From contig JBIKJU010000001.1 of the NCBI GenBank assembly GCA_044360745.1, positions 1 through 51,887 on the forward strand: 51,887 nucleotides of DNA. Reading direction: 5' to 3'. Below are positions 26,941 to 35,923 of this stretch, piece after piece. The notes under the pieces are model-generated. The model was not told where the DNA came from, made no database searches, and saw only the letters and a list, made by a program, of their open reading frames with translations. Source of the DNA: Chitinophagales bacterium (GTDB taxonomy: Bacteria > Bacteroidota > Bacteroidia > Chitinophagales > LD1). How positions within the stretch are numbered: position 1 is the first letter of the stretch; each line of letters begins with the position of its first letter. A program made the position numbers and the translations under genes.

Positions 26941-29772
26941 CTAATTTTTGCTTTCATGAGTTATTTTTGGCAATAAGAAATAAGCTGTGTGTGAGCCCTG
27001 AACTGATAGTATATCCTCTGGCTTTCCTTGGAACAATAACTCACCTCCCTTATCTCCTCCATCTGGGCCTAAGTCTATAAGCCAATCTGCACATTTTATC
27101 ACATCCATGTTGTGTTCAATAACTAATACTGTATGTCCTGCTTCTATTAGCATTTGGAAAGAATGTAATAGATTGCCAATGTCATGAAAGTGAAGCCCAG
27201 TAGTAGGTTCGTCAAAAATAAAAAATATAGGCTGTTGAGACTTGCCTCGTGATAGGTAGGAGGCTAATTTTACACGTTGTGCTTCCCCACCACTTAATGT
27301 AGATGAACTTTGCCCAAGCTTTACATATCCAAGTCCAACTTGTTGGAGTGGACTTAGTTTGTCGATGATATCTCTATGCCCTACAAAGAAATTTATCGCC
27401 TCATCTACTGTAATTGATAAAACATCAAAAATATTTTTTTCATTGTACATCACTTCCAACACTTCCTCCTTAAATTTTCGGCCATTACATGCGTCACATT
27501 TTAAGTGTACATCGGCTAAAAATTGCATTTCTACTACTATTTCACCATCGCCTTTACACTGTTCACATCTACCACCCTCTACATTAAACGAAAATGATGA
27601 AGGTTGGAAACCACTTAGCTTTGAAGCTTGCTGACGAGCATATAAATCACGAATAGCATCGTATGCTTTGACATAGGTCACTGGGTTTGATCTAGAGCTT
27701 TTACCTAAAGGATTTTGATCTATCATTTCTACGTGCGAAATCCTTTTCAAATCGCCTAACACTTCCTTAAAATCTCCTGGCTTCTCCCCTACTCCCAAAA
27801 TTCTTTGAGCTAGAATAGGATACAAAATTTTCTTAATCAAAGTAGTCTTTCCAGATCCACTTACACCACTCACAACTGTGAAAGCATTAATTGGAATTTT
27901 GACATCTATGTTTTTCAAATTATGCTGTCTAGCACCTATTATTTCGATAAAACTACTTAGCGATTTTTTATGAGACAGCATACTCACATTTAATGCGCCA
28001 CTTAGATATTTTCCAGTTAGACTTTTTTGTTCAAATATTATATCAGATGATAAGCCATTAAAAATGACCTCTCCCCCATGGGCTCCAGCTCTTGGACCTA
28101 TGTCCACCAAATGATCTGCAGCTTTCATAATATCCTCGTCATGTTCTACTACAATCACAGTATTTCCTAAATCACGCAGAGATTTTAATACACTAATCAA
28201 TCGTTCTGTGTCTTTTTGATGAAGTCCAATACTTGGTTCATCTAGTATATATAATGAAGAAGTAAGATTACTCCCAAGAGATCTTGTTAGGTTTATACGT
28301 TGTGTTTCACCTCCACTCAATGTATTAGATAATCTATTGAGATGCAAATACCCAAGCCCTACCTGTAACATAGTTTTTAAACGCGAATTTATTTCTATCA
28401 AAATCCGCTCAGCTACTACTTTCTGGTAGGGCGAAAGTTTTATAGTGCTTGTAAAACTAAACAGTTGATCTATTGGCAACAACATTAACTCACTAATAGA
28501 TTTGCCATCAATTAAAACATAAGATGCCGCTTTATTAATTCGAGAGCCCTTACAATCAGTACAATTAGTGCGACCACGATATCGAGAGAGCATAACTCTA
28601 TACTGAATTTTATAACTCTTATCCTCTAAATACTTAAAGAAATAATTTAGTCCTTGGAAATGACTATTGCCATTCCACAACAATAATTTATCACTTTCAG
28701 ATAAATCCTTATAAGCTCTATGAATTGGAAAATCAAAATATATCCCCTTTTTTATTAATGGCTCTAACCACTCACCCATCTTTTCTCCACGCCAAGGCGC
28801 AATAGCTCCCTCATAAACCGACAAATCTTTTTCAGGAAAAATCAAATCCTCATCTAATCCCATCACAGTTCCAAAACCCTCGCATGTTTTACAAGCGCCA
28901 TACGGATTATTGAAGTTGAAAAAATTTTGACTTGGTTCTTCAAACACTAAACCATCTGCCTCAAAGCGGTTATTGTATCGTTTTTGTTTTCCATCTAACT
29001 CCACCAGACACTCTTGTCCGCCTTCGTTAAATGCAGTTTGAATAGAATCGAAAACACGAGATTGTAAATCATCTTCATTTTTCCTCACTACAAATCTATC
29101 TACCAATACTGCAATCTTGACATCTTTGTAGCGTTTGTAATCTGTAGCGCTTAAAATATCTTCTATCATCGCCACTTCCCCTTCAAACTTTATTCGTGTA
29201 AATCCTTTTTGCAATAACAGCTCTAATGTTAGCTGAAAAGAATTAATGATATCTGTTTCATAATACACAAATGCTTTACTGCCCTCATCTTCGCTTAGTA
29301 TACGATCCACTACATCTACTATTTCATCTTTTGATACTACTTTCCCTGAAATAGGCGAAGTCGTGACACCCACTCTAGCATATAGCAAACGAAGGTAGTC
29401 ATATACTTCTGTGAGAGAACCTACAGTAGATCGTGTAGTGCGAGTGCTCACTTTTTGTTCTATAGCTATGGCCGGACAAAGGCCATTTATATAGTCTACA
29501 TCCGGCTTTTCCATGCGACTTAAAAACTGTCTGGCATAAGATGTAAGACTTTCGACATACCGCCTTTGACCTTCTGCATAAAGTGTATCGATAGTAAGCG
29601 AACTCTTACCAGAGCCAGATACTCCAGTAATCACAATAAACTTATTTTTAGGCAATGTGATGTCTATATTTTTCAAATTGTGTACTCGCGCACCTTTTAT
29701 AAAAATGGTGCCTGAAGATTTTTTTTCTGAAATATTTTTTTGTTTTTCAGAAATAGTTTTATTTTTACTCAT
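26941..29772 (-). CDS. uvrA: Excinuclease ABC subunit A
   Basis: Two ABC ATPase modules (GVSGSGKSSLTID and GVSGSGKTTLIKK; LSGGETQR and LSGGEAQR). Zinc modules CKTCEGFG and CEQCKGDGEI...CDACNGRKF. The track start 29784 is TTG, and I prefer ATG 29772 (MSKNKT...). Confidence 0.97.
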   Translation of the reverse strand: MSKNKTISEKQKNISEKKSSGTIFIKGARVHNLKNIDITLPKNKFIVITGVSGSGKSSLTIDTLYAEGQRRYVESLTSYARQFLSRMEKPDVDYINGLCPAIAIEQKVSTRTTRSTVGSLTEVYDYLRLLYARVGVTTSPISGKVVSKDEIVDVVDRILSEDEGSKAFVYYETDIINSFQLTLELLLQKGFTRIKFEGEVAMIEDILSATDYKRYKDVKIAVLVDRFVVRKNEDDLQSRVFDSIQTAFNEGGQECLVELDGKQKRYNNRFEADGLVFEEPSQNFFNFNNPYGACKTCEGFGTVMGLDEDLIFPEKDLSVYEGAIAPWRGEKMGEWLEPLIKKGIYFDFPIHRAYKDLSESDKLLLWNGNSHFQGLNYFFKYLEDKSYKIQYRVMLSRYRGRTNCTDCKGSRINKAASYVLIDGKSISELMLLPIDQLFSFTSTIKLSPYQKVVAERILIEINSRLKTMLQVGLGYLHLNRLSNTLSGGETQRINLTRSLGSNLTSSLYILDEPSIGLHQKDTERLISVLKSLRDLGNTVIVVEHDEDIMKAADHLVDIGPRAGAHGGEVIFNGLSSDIIFEQKSLTGKYLSGALNVSMLSHKKSLSSFIEIIGARQHNLKNIDVKIPINAFTVVSGVSGSGKTTLIKKILYPILAQRILGVGEKPGDFKEVLGDLKRISHVEMIDQNPLGKSSRSNPVTYVKAYDAIRDLYARQQASKLSGFQPSSFSFNVEGGRCEQCKGDGEIVVEMQFLADVHLKCDACNGRKFKEEVLEVMYNEKNIFDVLSITVDEAINFFVGHRDIIDKLSPLQQVGLGYVKLGQSSSTLSGGEAQRVKLASYLSRGKSQQPIFFIFDEPTTGLHFHDIGNLLHSFQMLIEAGHTVLVIEHNMDVIKCADWLIDLGPDGGDKGGELLFQGKPEDILSVQGSHTAYFLLPKITHESKN

Positions 29773-29783
29773 ATCAAAATTCA

Positions 29784-29799
29784 ATATTCTATAGAATAT
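29784..29799. promoter_or_regulatory. Perfect 16-bp palindrome ATATTCTATAGAATAT upstream of uvrA (candidate operator)
   Basis: Self-complementary over all 16 nt, with 11 nt between it and the uvrA ATG (29772). The sequence fact is certain; the function is unproven. Confidence 0.3.
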
Positions 29800-29965
29800 A
29801 CCTCTACATAATTAAGAAGTCTACCACGGCAAAGCTATGTTTTTCTTCTTTTTTTACTTAAATAACTTTTTTGGAACGATATTTGTTTTAATAAAAATAA
29901 CAAAAAAACGCCTATAGACAATAGCCTCTACCTCTTTATTTTTTAACCATTAAAACAGGTATGCT

Positions 29966-30562
29966 ATGCTAAGTCACACCCTCACCGATCAAGAGTTGAT
30001 AAAACTCTTCTTGTCTGGCCAAGAGTCAGCGTTTGACCAATTGGTCATCAGAAACAAAGACAAAGTATATACTTCCATCTATATGATGGTAAAGGATCAA
30101 TACTTGGCTGAAGATTTGTTTCAAGAAACATTTATAAAAGTTATAGATACCCTAAGGCTTGGAAAATATAATGACGAAGGTAAATTTCAGCCGTGGGTGA
30201 TGCGTATCGCCTACAATATCTGTATAGACCATTTCAGAAAGCTAAAGCGCAATCCATCTGTAGTAAATAGCGAGGGTGATGATATTTTTAGATACATGAA
30301 GTTTGATGAAACACCAATAGATAAGCATTTAGATTTGGTGCAAAGCGAATCAAAACTAAAAGCACTCATAGACCAACTACCAGAAGAACAAAAAGAAGTA
30401 ATCATGCTCCGTCACTTTTTTGATTTTAGTTTTAAAGAAATAGCTGAATACTCCAATGTGAGCATCAACACCTCGCTTGGCAGAATGCGCTATGCGCTCA
30501 TCAACCTCCGCAAACTCATAGATAGTAGTAAAATGGAGATAGTTAGGATTGGGGATGCTTAG
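29966..30562 (+). CDS. ECF-type RNA polymerase sigma-70 family factor
   Basis: 198 aa. Region 2 (FQPWVMRIAYNICIDHFRK) and region 4 helix-turn-helix (EVIMLRHFFDFSFKEIAEYSNVSINTSLGRMRYALINLRK). Confidence 0.85.
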   Translation: MLSHTLTDQELIKLFLSGQESAFDQLVIRNKDKVYTSIYMMVKDQYLAEDLFQETFIKVIDTLRLGKYNDEGKFQPWVMRIAYNICIDHFRKLKRNPSVVNSEGDDIFRYMKFDETPIDKHLDLVQSESKLKALIDQLPEEQKEVIMLRHFFDFSFKEIAEYSNVSINTSLGRMRYALINLRKLIDSSKMEIVRIGDA

Positions 30563-30680
30563 ATACTAATCAATGTTTATATTTTAGTTATACTGGCTCT
30601 TATTTTATAATTTTGAATGCACAATTGAAGTTTTATATTCAAATACACAATCATTCTATCGTTTTTTCAAAATTTGAAAT

Positions 30681-30688
30681 TAAATTTG
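30681..30688 (+). promoter_or_regulatory. Bacteroidetes-type -7 box (TAAATTTG)
   Basis: Exact TAnnTTTG match with 15 nt between it and the ATG at 30704. Confidence 0.35.
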
Positions 30689-30703
30689 TAGTCTTATGCT
30701 AAT

Positions 30704-32392
30704 ATGGCTCTGAATCAGACATTTAAAAATCTAAATCGTACACGCGAAATCATCAGCATTCTTATAAAATGGGGATTTGAAGATTTAGTTATTAACTCTA
30801 CGCTTAGAAATTTAGTACCTGAGAGTACACGTGTAAAATGGCTTAGAAACGAACGACCGATAGTAGAATATACCCGCTACGAGCGTATCCGTATGGCTAC
30901 GGTAGAGCTTGGACCTACCTTTGTGAAACTAGCGCAAATACTTAGCAATAGACCAGATATTATACCTGAAGGTTTGGTTAAAGAATTTGAAAAGCTACAA
31001 GATAAAGTACCACCATTTGCATCAGCAGATGCTATAAAAATATTGGAACGAGAGATCGGCAGACCCATAAACGAAGTGTTTGAAGAGTTTAGTGAAACTC
31101 CTTTAGCATCTGCATCTATAGGGCAGGTACATCGAGCACGTCTAAAAACTGGAGAGGAAGTAGTCGTAAAAATCCAACGACCAACAGTAGCTGAATTGAT
31201 AGAACGAGACCTGAATATCATAAAAGATGCCGTGCAGCGTACCGATCGGTATCTCCGTAAACAAGGTTTCATTAACGCTATTGATGTAGTGACTGTATTT
31301 GAACGTTCACTCAATAAAGAACTCGATTATAGAAACGAAGCTCGAAATTTAGACAGATTTAGATCTACCTATAAACATCGAAGAGACTTTTATATTCCTA
31401 AACCTTACAGAGAATACTCCACTGATAAAATACTTATTATGGAGTTTGTAAAAGGATGTAAAATCACTGATGTAAAGCAACTGAGAGAATGGGAAATAGA
31501 TCCAAAGGATATAGTAGAAAGAGGAATGGATATTTATCTGACTCAAATTTTTGAATTTGGGTATTTCCATGGCGACCCTCATCCTGGCAATATTTTAGTG
31601 CGACAAGACGGAACTATCATCTTACTCGACTTCGGAATGATAGGACAACTCATGAAAAAAGATAAATATGCTTTTGCTGGTATATTTATAGCAATGGCAA
31701 GAAATGATGCCAGAGAGATGGCCATCAATATGCGTAAACTAGCTACTCAAGATAATATTACCGATATGCGTCAGTTTACTTATGACCTCAATGATTTAAT
31801 TGAGGATTATGCATCATTAGACGTAAGTGAATCTAGTATACAAGATGTAATTACTCGTTTGCAAAAAATAATGTACGATTATAAAATTACTGTGCCCGGT
31901 GGAGTATTTATAATTTTTAGAGCTTTTGCTATACTTGAAGGAATAGGAAAGCTAATGCACCCAGAGTTTAAAACTTATGATTTCATAAGACCCTATGGTC
32001 AAAGACTAATAACAGAGCAGTTAAAACCTGGTAACTTAGCAAATGAAACTTTTTCTCGCTTTTCTGATGCCTATTCCTTTTTATCATCATTGCCAAGCGA
32101 CATCAGAAACATCATGCAAAAAATGATAGGAGGAAAATTGCATTTTGAAATCGAACTACAAGGATACGGTTATGCCTTAAAAAAATGGGATAGTATTACC
32201 AACCGCATGGTTATTACATATATTGTTTGTGCTCTAATTTTAGGATCATCCATAGCGTTGTTAGGCAACTATGGCAGCGAAATGAAATACTATTATGGTA
32301 TAAATGCGTGGAGCTTTACAGGATATGTTATTGCTGGATATTTGTTTTTAATTCTCCTCTATACCATCATCAGAAGGAGGATTTACAAGTAA
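30704..32392 (+). CDS. ABC1/UbiB-family atypical protein kinase with C-terminal TM segments
   Basis: 562 aa. Motifs: LGPTFVKLAQILSNRPDIIP, ASASIGQVHRARL..VVVKIQRP, HGDPHPGNILV, LLDFGM. Two hydrophobic helices at the C-terminus. Confidence 0.85.
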   Translation: MALNQTFKNLNRTREIISILIKWGFEDLVINSTLRNLVPESTRVKWLRNERPIVEYTRYERIRMATVELGPTFVKLAQILSNRPDIIPEGLVKEFEKLQDKVPPFASADAIKILEREIGRPINEVFEEFSETPLASASIGQVHRARLKTGEEVVVKIQRPTVAELIERDLNIIKDAVQRTDRYLRKQGFINAIDVVTVFERSLNKELDYRNEARNLDRFRSTYKHRRDFYIPKPYREYSTDKILIMEFVKGCKITDVKQLREWEIDPKDIVERGMDIYLTQIFEFGYFHGDPHPGNILVRQDGTIILLDFGMIGQLMKKDKYAFAGIFIAMARNDAREMAINMRKLATQDNITDMRQFTYDLNDLIEDYASLDVSESSIQDVITRLQKIMYDYKITVPGGVFIIFRAFAILEGIGKLMHPEFKTYDFIRPYGQRLITEQLKPGNLANETFSRFSDAYSFLSSLPSDIRNIMQKMIGGKLHFEIELQGYGYALKKWDSITNRMVITYIVCALILGSSIALLGNYGSEMKYYYGINAWSFTGYVIAGYLFLILLYTIIRRRIYK

Positions 32393-32461
32393 AGAATTGT
32401 ATCAATTGTTACCAAGCCTTTTTTTGATTTAGCATACATTTGTAATTTAAAATTTAAACCT

Positions 32462-32845
32462 ATGAGAATTACTATTTTTGCTTTATTACTATCACTTATT
32501 ACTGTTTCATGCACTTCTACAAATGGCCAAAGCAAGTCCTTTAAAAATATCAACGCTCAAGAATTTAAGTCCTTTTCAAAAGAAAAAGATGTAGTCATTA
32601 TTGACGTACGCACAGCAGGTGAAGTCAAAGATGGCTATATCAAAGGAGCTACTCTGTTTCTTGACGTTAATCAAGATTTTAAAGACAAAGTAAAATCTCT
32701 AGATAAAACCAAAACATATCTCGTGTATTGCAGAAGTGGAGCCAGAAGCAGTAATGCAAGCGGAATAATGATAGATGCAGGTTTTAGTGAAGTTTACAAT
32801 CTTAATGGTGGAATTATGGGCTGGGATGGAGAAGTAGTGAGATAG
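32462..32845 (+). CDS. Exported (probable lipoprotein) rhodanese-domain sulfurtransferase
   Basis: Signal peptide ending TVSC. Rhodanese active-site loop YCRSGARS. Confidence 0.8.
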   Translation: MRITIFALLLSLITVSCTSTNGQSKSFKNINAQEFKSFSKEKDVVIIDVRTAGEVKDGYIKGATLFLDVNQDFKDKVKSLDKTKTYLVYCRSGARSSNASGIMIDAGFSEVYNLNGGIMGWDGEVVR

Positions 32846-32846
32846 T

Positions 32847-33836
32847 ATGAAATCAAAAGTTAGCACCTTTTTTTTGAGCTACGGAAGAGGGTTTGTCCTT
32901 CCGATTATTTTAACAATTTTATCTTTTATTATAGCACCTTTCACACCTGTTATAAATACTGTGATGTGGGGATTTATACTTGGCCTTATTTTAGGTAATA
33001 CGTACAAAATTCCAGATAATCAAAAAGCAGGAATAGATTATACTGCGTCAAAACTTTTAGAAGTGTCAATCATTTTTTTAGCATTTAGTATAAACTATAC
33101 TCACTTAGCACAAATAGGCTGGCAAAGTATAGCCACTGTAGCTATAGTGATTACAATAGTGCTGCTTACGACTATTTACTTATCAAACAAGTTGAACTGC
33201 AAAGATAGCACAGGTTGGTTGGTGGGATTTGGAACAGCCATATGTGGATCTTCAGCTATAGCCGCTTTATCACCTACTGTCACTAAGGATAAGGCAGATA
33301 TTGGCATAAGCATGGCTATTGTAAATATATTAGGAAGTATAGGAATGATCAGCATGCCCTTTTTATTTGAATTTTTACAATTATCAACGATGGATGCTGG
33401 TTTAATAATCGGTGCTTCATTACATTCAGTAGGCAATGTAGCAGGAGCAGGCTATGCCATGAATAACGAAGTAGGACAAGCAGCTATTGCCATCAAGTTA
33501 GCAAGAGTGGCGTTGCTATCACCTGCGCTTATCTTCTTCAATTTATTGGTTTCAAGAAAAGAGGTAAGCAGCTTTAAAGTGCATCTGAAATTGCCTTGGT
33601 ACTTGTGGGTATTTATTGGTATTACTATCTTAACATCTATGGTCAATCTACCTGATTTTATAATTGATAAAGCAGAATGGCTAGGCAAAATAACCTTAAC
33701 AACTGCTATGGTAGCACTTGGCCTAAAAGTAAATTTTAAAACTGTTTTTAATGCTGGCAAAACTGGATTAATATTTGGTGTGATGATTTTTGCTGTCCAA
33801 TTAGTGGCCATTATTTTATTTATGAATTTGCTTTAA
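32847..33836 (+). CDS. YeiH/UPF0324 (putative sulfate exporter, PSE) family membrane protein
   Basis: 329 aa polytopic. The central GTAICGSSAIAA motif and the overall size fit the YeiH family. It starts 1 nt after the rhodanese stop. Confidence 0.72.
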   Translation: MKSKVSTFFLSYGRGFVLPIILTILSFIIAPFTPVINTVMWGFILGLILGNTYKIPDNQKAGIDYTASKLLEVSIIFLAFSINYTHLAQIGWQSIATVAIVITIVLLTTIYLSNKLNCKDSTGWLVGFGTAICGSSAIAALSPTVTKDKADIGISMAIVNILGSIGMISMPFLFEFLQLSTMDAGLIIGASLHSVGNVAGAGYAMNNEVGQAAIAIKLARVALLSPALIFFNLLVSRKEVSSFKVHLKLPWYLWVFIGITILTSMVNLPDFIIDKAEWLGKITLTTAMVALGLKVNFKTVFNAGKTGLIFGVMIFAVQLVAIILFMNLL

Positions 33837-33907
33837 AAGTATAGAAGTAACAAAAGTGACAAGCATATTAAAATATCTCATTTATCTTTGCATAAAATTT
33901 TAAAATC

Positions 33908-34189
33908 ATGAATATAGAAAACTGGATAGCTGAAAATAAAGGAACAATAGTGGATGTAAGAACTACTATGGAGTATATGGGCGGACATGTGGCTGGAAGT
34001 ATTAATATACCTCTCCAAGAATTGGAAGATAGAATAGATGAATTTAAAGAAATGAGTGCACCAATAATACTATGTTGCGCATCAGGAGGTAGAAGCGGAC
34101 AAGCAGCAGGCTACCTTAGGCACTTAGGGCTAGATGCTCACAATGCAGGATCTTGGTTAGATGTCAATTACTTAAAATCAAAAAACTAA
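33908..34189 (+). CDS. Single-domain cytoplasmic rhodanese
   Basis: 93 aa. VDVRTTMEYMGGHVAGSINIP and the active-site loop CCASGGRS. Confidence 0.85.
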   Translation: MNIENWIAENKGTIVDVRTTMEYMGGHVAGSINIPLQELEDRIDEFKEMSAPIILCCASGGRSGQAAGYLRHLGLDAHNAGSWLDVNYLKSKN

Positions 34190-34195
34190 CACTTT

Positions 34196-34495
34196 ATGGC
34201 ACAAAGTTTTGGCGAGTTAATAAAGAGTGAGACCCCAACCTTAGTAGATTTTTCAGCGGAGTGGTGCGGACCATGCAAAGCTATGAAGCCTATCCTAGAT
34301 GAGCTCAAAGGTAGAGTTGGAGAAAGAGCTACAATCATAAAAATAGATGTAGATCGAAATCCTCAAGCTGCCTCAGCATATCAAATACAAGGAGTTCCAA
34401 CGCTTATATTGTTCAAAAACGGGGAGATAAAATGGAGACAATCTGGTGTGATACCAGCTCATACACTTCAGCAAATTATAGAGCAACATCTTTAA
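34196..34495 (+). CDS. trxA: Thioredoxin
   Basis: 99 aa. WCGPCK active site and [11 protein letters not shown]. Confidence 0.92.
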   Translation: MAQSFGELIKSETPTLVDFSAEWCGPCKAMKPILDELKGRVGERATIIKIDVDRNPQAASAYQIQGVPTLILFKNGEIKWRQSGVIPAHTLQQIIEQHL

Positions 34496-34497
34496 CA

Positions 34498-35052
34498 TCA
34501 TTGCTTTACATCAAACTTATCCATCCAAAATTTGACCATCAAGAAAACCAAGCCATAGGTCAAAATCAAGAAAGTATAACTATGATTTAACTCCCAGAAA
34601 TATGGAGAAGAATATTTTTGTAAAACTCCAAGACCTACAGTACGTGTAGTATTGATCAAAAAAATACCTAAGATACCAGTAGGTATGTACCAGATTTTAT
34701 TTTTTACCTTACCTGGGAAAACAGCAATCAAAATACTAAAGACAACCATAGCCGGTATACCTAAGCAATGGTCAGCAACATATATACCAGGAGCCCCATC
34801 AATCAATATATTTCTACTATTGTATTTAAGACTAACATCAAATATGTTTTGTAAAAAAGCAGACGAAAGCATCACCATTTTAGAAGCTAAAAAATTTTGA
34901 ATTTGTTTCCACCAAATAGGATCATAGTATTCTAAAAAAAAAGAAAAAACTTTCCAAACACCATATGCACCAACTACAGAAAAAACAAAGCGATATGCTT
35001 GATATTTATTACTATCAATTCCCATTTTTTTTTGAAGATGCAAGATACCCAT
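34498..35052 (-). CDS. xrtF: Exosortase-family protein, short Bacteroidetes XrtF-like type
   Basis: 184 aa with about five hydrophobic segments. Ordered Cys (VADHCLGIP), Arg (INTTRTVGLG) and His (ELNHSYTF), as in exosortase/archaeosortase catalytic residues. Assignment is by pattern only. Confidence 0.62.
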   Translation of the reverse strand: MGILHLQKKMGIDSNKYQAYRFVFSVVGAYGVWKVFSFFLEYYDPIWWKQIQNFLASKMVMLSSAFLQNIFDVSLKYNSRNILIDGAPGIYVADHCLGIPAMVVFSILIAVFPGKVKNKIWYIPTGILGIFLINTTRTVGLGVLQKYSSPYFWELNHSYTFLILTYGLVFLMVKFWMDKFDVKQ

Positions 35053-35055
35053 AAA

Positions 35056-35916
35056 CTAAAATGGGATTTTAAGACCTCTCCAAGTAAGAAACCCAATAAG
35101 CATTAAAATAAGAAAAATAACTATCAATACGATACTTACTGTTTGCAAAGTCTTATAGTGTAAAACTTCATCCTGCTTCACAGATTGAAATCTTATAATA
35201 TAAAATGAAAATAAAACTGATACCCCAATGTATCCTATATAGACTAGATTTATCCAAACATTAAGTGGAAAAGTAAATATAAGACAAATAGCAGATCCCA
35301 AAACATATGGAATAAGGACTGTTTCAAAGAAAAATTTACTCTTTCGATTTACATCAATCACTTTCGAATAGGAATAAGCCAAGGTTACAAAAGGCTTGCC
35401 GTAGAAAAAAGTAAATAAAAATCCTAAAATAAAAAAAGGAGTTATCAAAATATAAGTAAACACTGTAGGAACTTGTAACCAAGCAAAAACAACCGTAAGA
35501 TTTTGATAAAATGAAGAACTATACTGCCCTTCGCCTAAAACTACTATCAAACCTTGTGCGGCAAACATAGACCCAGCTATCACAGTGCCCCAGGGAAACA
35601 TAATCAAAAATGGAAATTGCTTTTCCTTATACTTATAAAAAACATAGGTACTTACTATTCCTGCTATGAACAAAAACAAAGTACCCACTCCATATATAAA
35701 TGTCACATTTAATCTCGTCCATTGATTATATATTTTATGGAATTTCACGCCATAGTAATACGCGGTAGCTTCAAACCCAAATACTTTACCCATAAGTGCT
35801 GTGAGAAAATAATAAAAGCCCACCAATGCTATGTACATAATACAAAAAGCAAAAGTGGAGTTTACTATTCGCCCTAACTTACTTACTAATTTCTCAGATT
35901 TTTTACTTTTTGTCAT
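35056..35916 (-). CDS. Polytopic membrane protein of unknown family (about 8 TM)
   Basis: Long stop-free frame wedged between gldB and xrtF (gaps of 7 and 3 nt). Strongly hydrophobic, aromatic-rich segments. The track start 35922 is TTG; ATG is at 35916 (MTKSKKSEK...). I recognise no motif. Confidence 0.6.
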   Translation of the reverse strand: MTKSKKSEKLVSKLGRIVNSTFAFCIMYIALVGFYYFLTALMGKVFGFEATAYYYGVKFHKIYNQWTRLNVTFIYGVGTLFLFIAGIVSTYVFYKYKEKQFPFLIMFPWGTVIAGSMFAAQGLIVVLGEGQYSSSFYQNLTVVFAWLQVPTVFTYILITPFFILGFLFTFFYGKPFVTLAYSYSKVIDVNRKSKFFFETVLIPYVLGSAICLIFTFPLNVWINLVYIGYIGVSVLFSFYIIRFQSVKQDEVLHYKTLQTVSIVLIVIFLILMLIGFLTWRGLKIPF

Positions 35917-35923
35917 AGTCAAA

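Noticed and set aside
30666-30678. 13-nt palindrome TTCAAAATTTGAA upstream of the UbiB-like gene.
   Set aside because: It is short and purely AT-rich apart from one C/G pair. Such palindromes are expected by chance in this composition.
30877-31314. 145-aa minus-strand ORF inside the UbiB-like kinase gene.
   Set aside because: It is antisense to conserved kinase motifs, Ser/Arg-rich, with no recognisable domain. Shadow ORF.
33176-33811. Two minus-strand ORFs (86 and 119 aa) inside the YeiH-family gene.
   Set aside because: Antisense shadow ORFs of a hydrophobic-protein gene. The plus-strand frame has the family motif and operon context.
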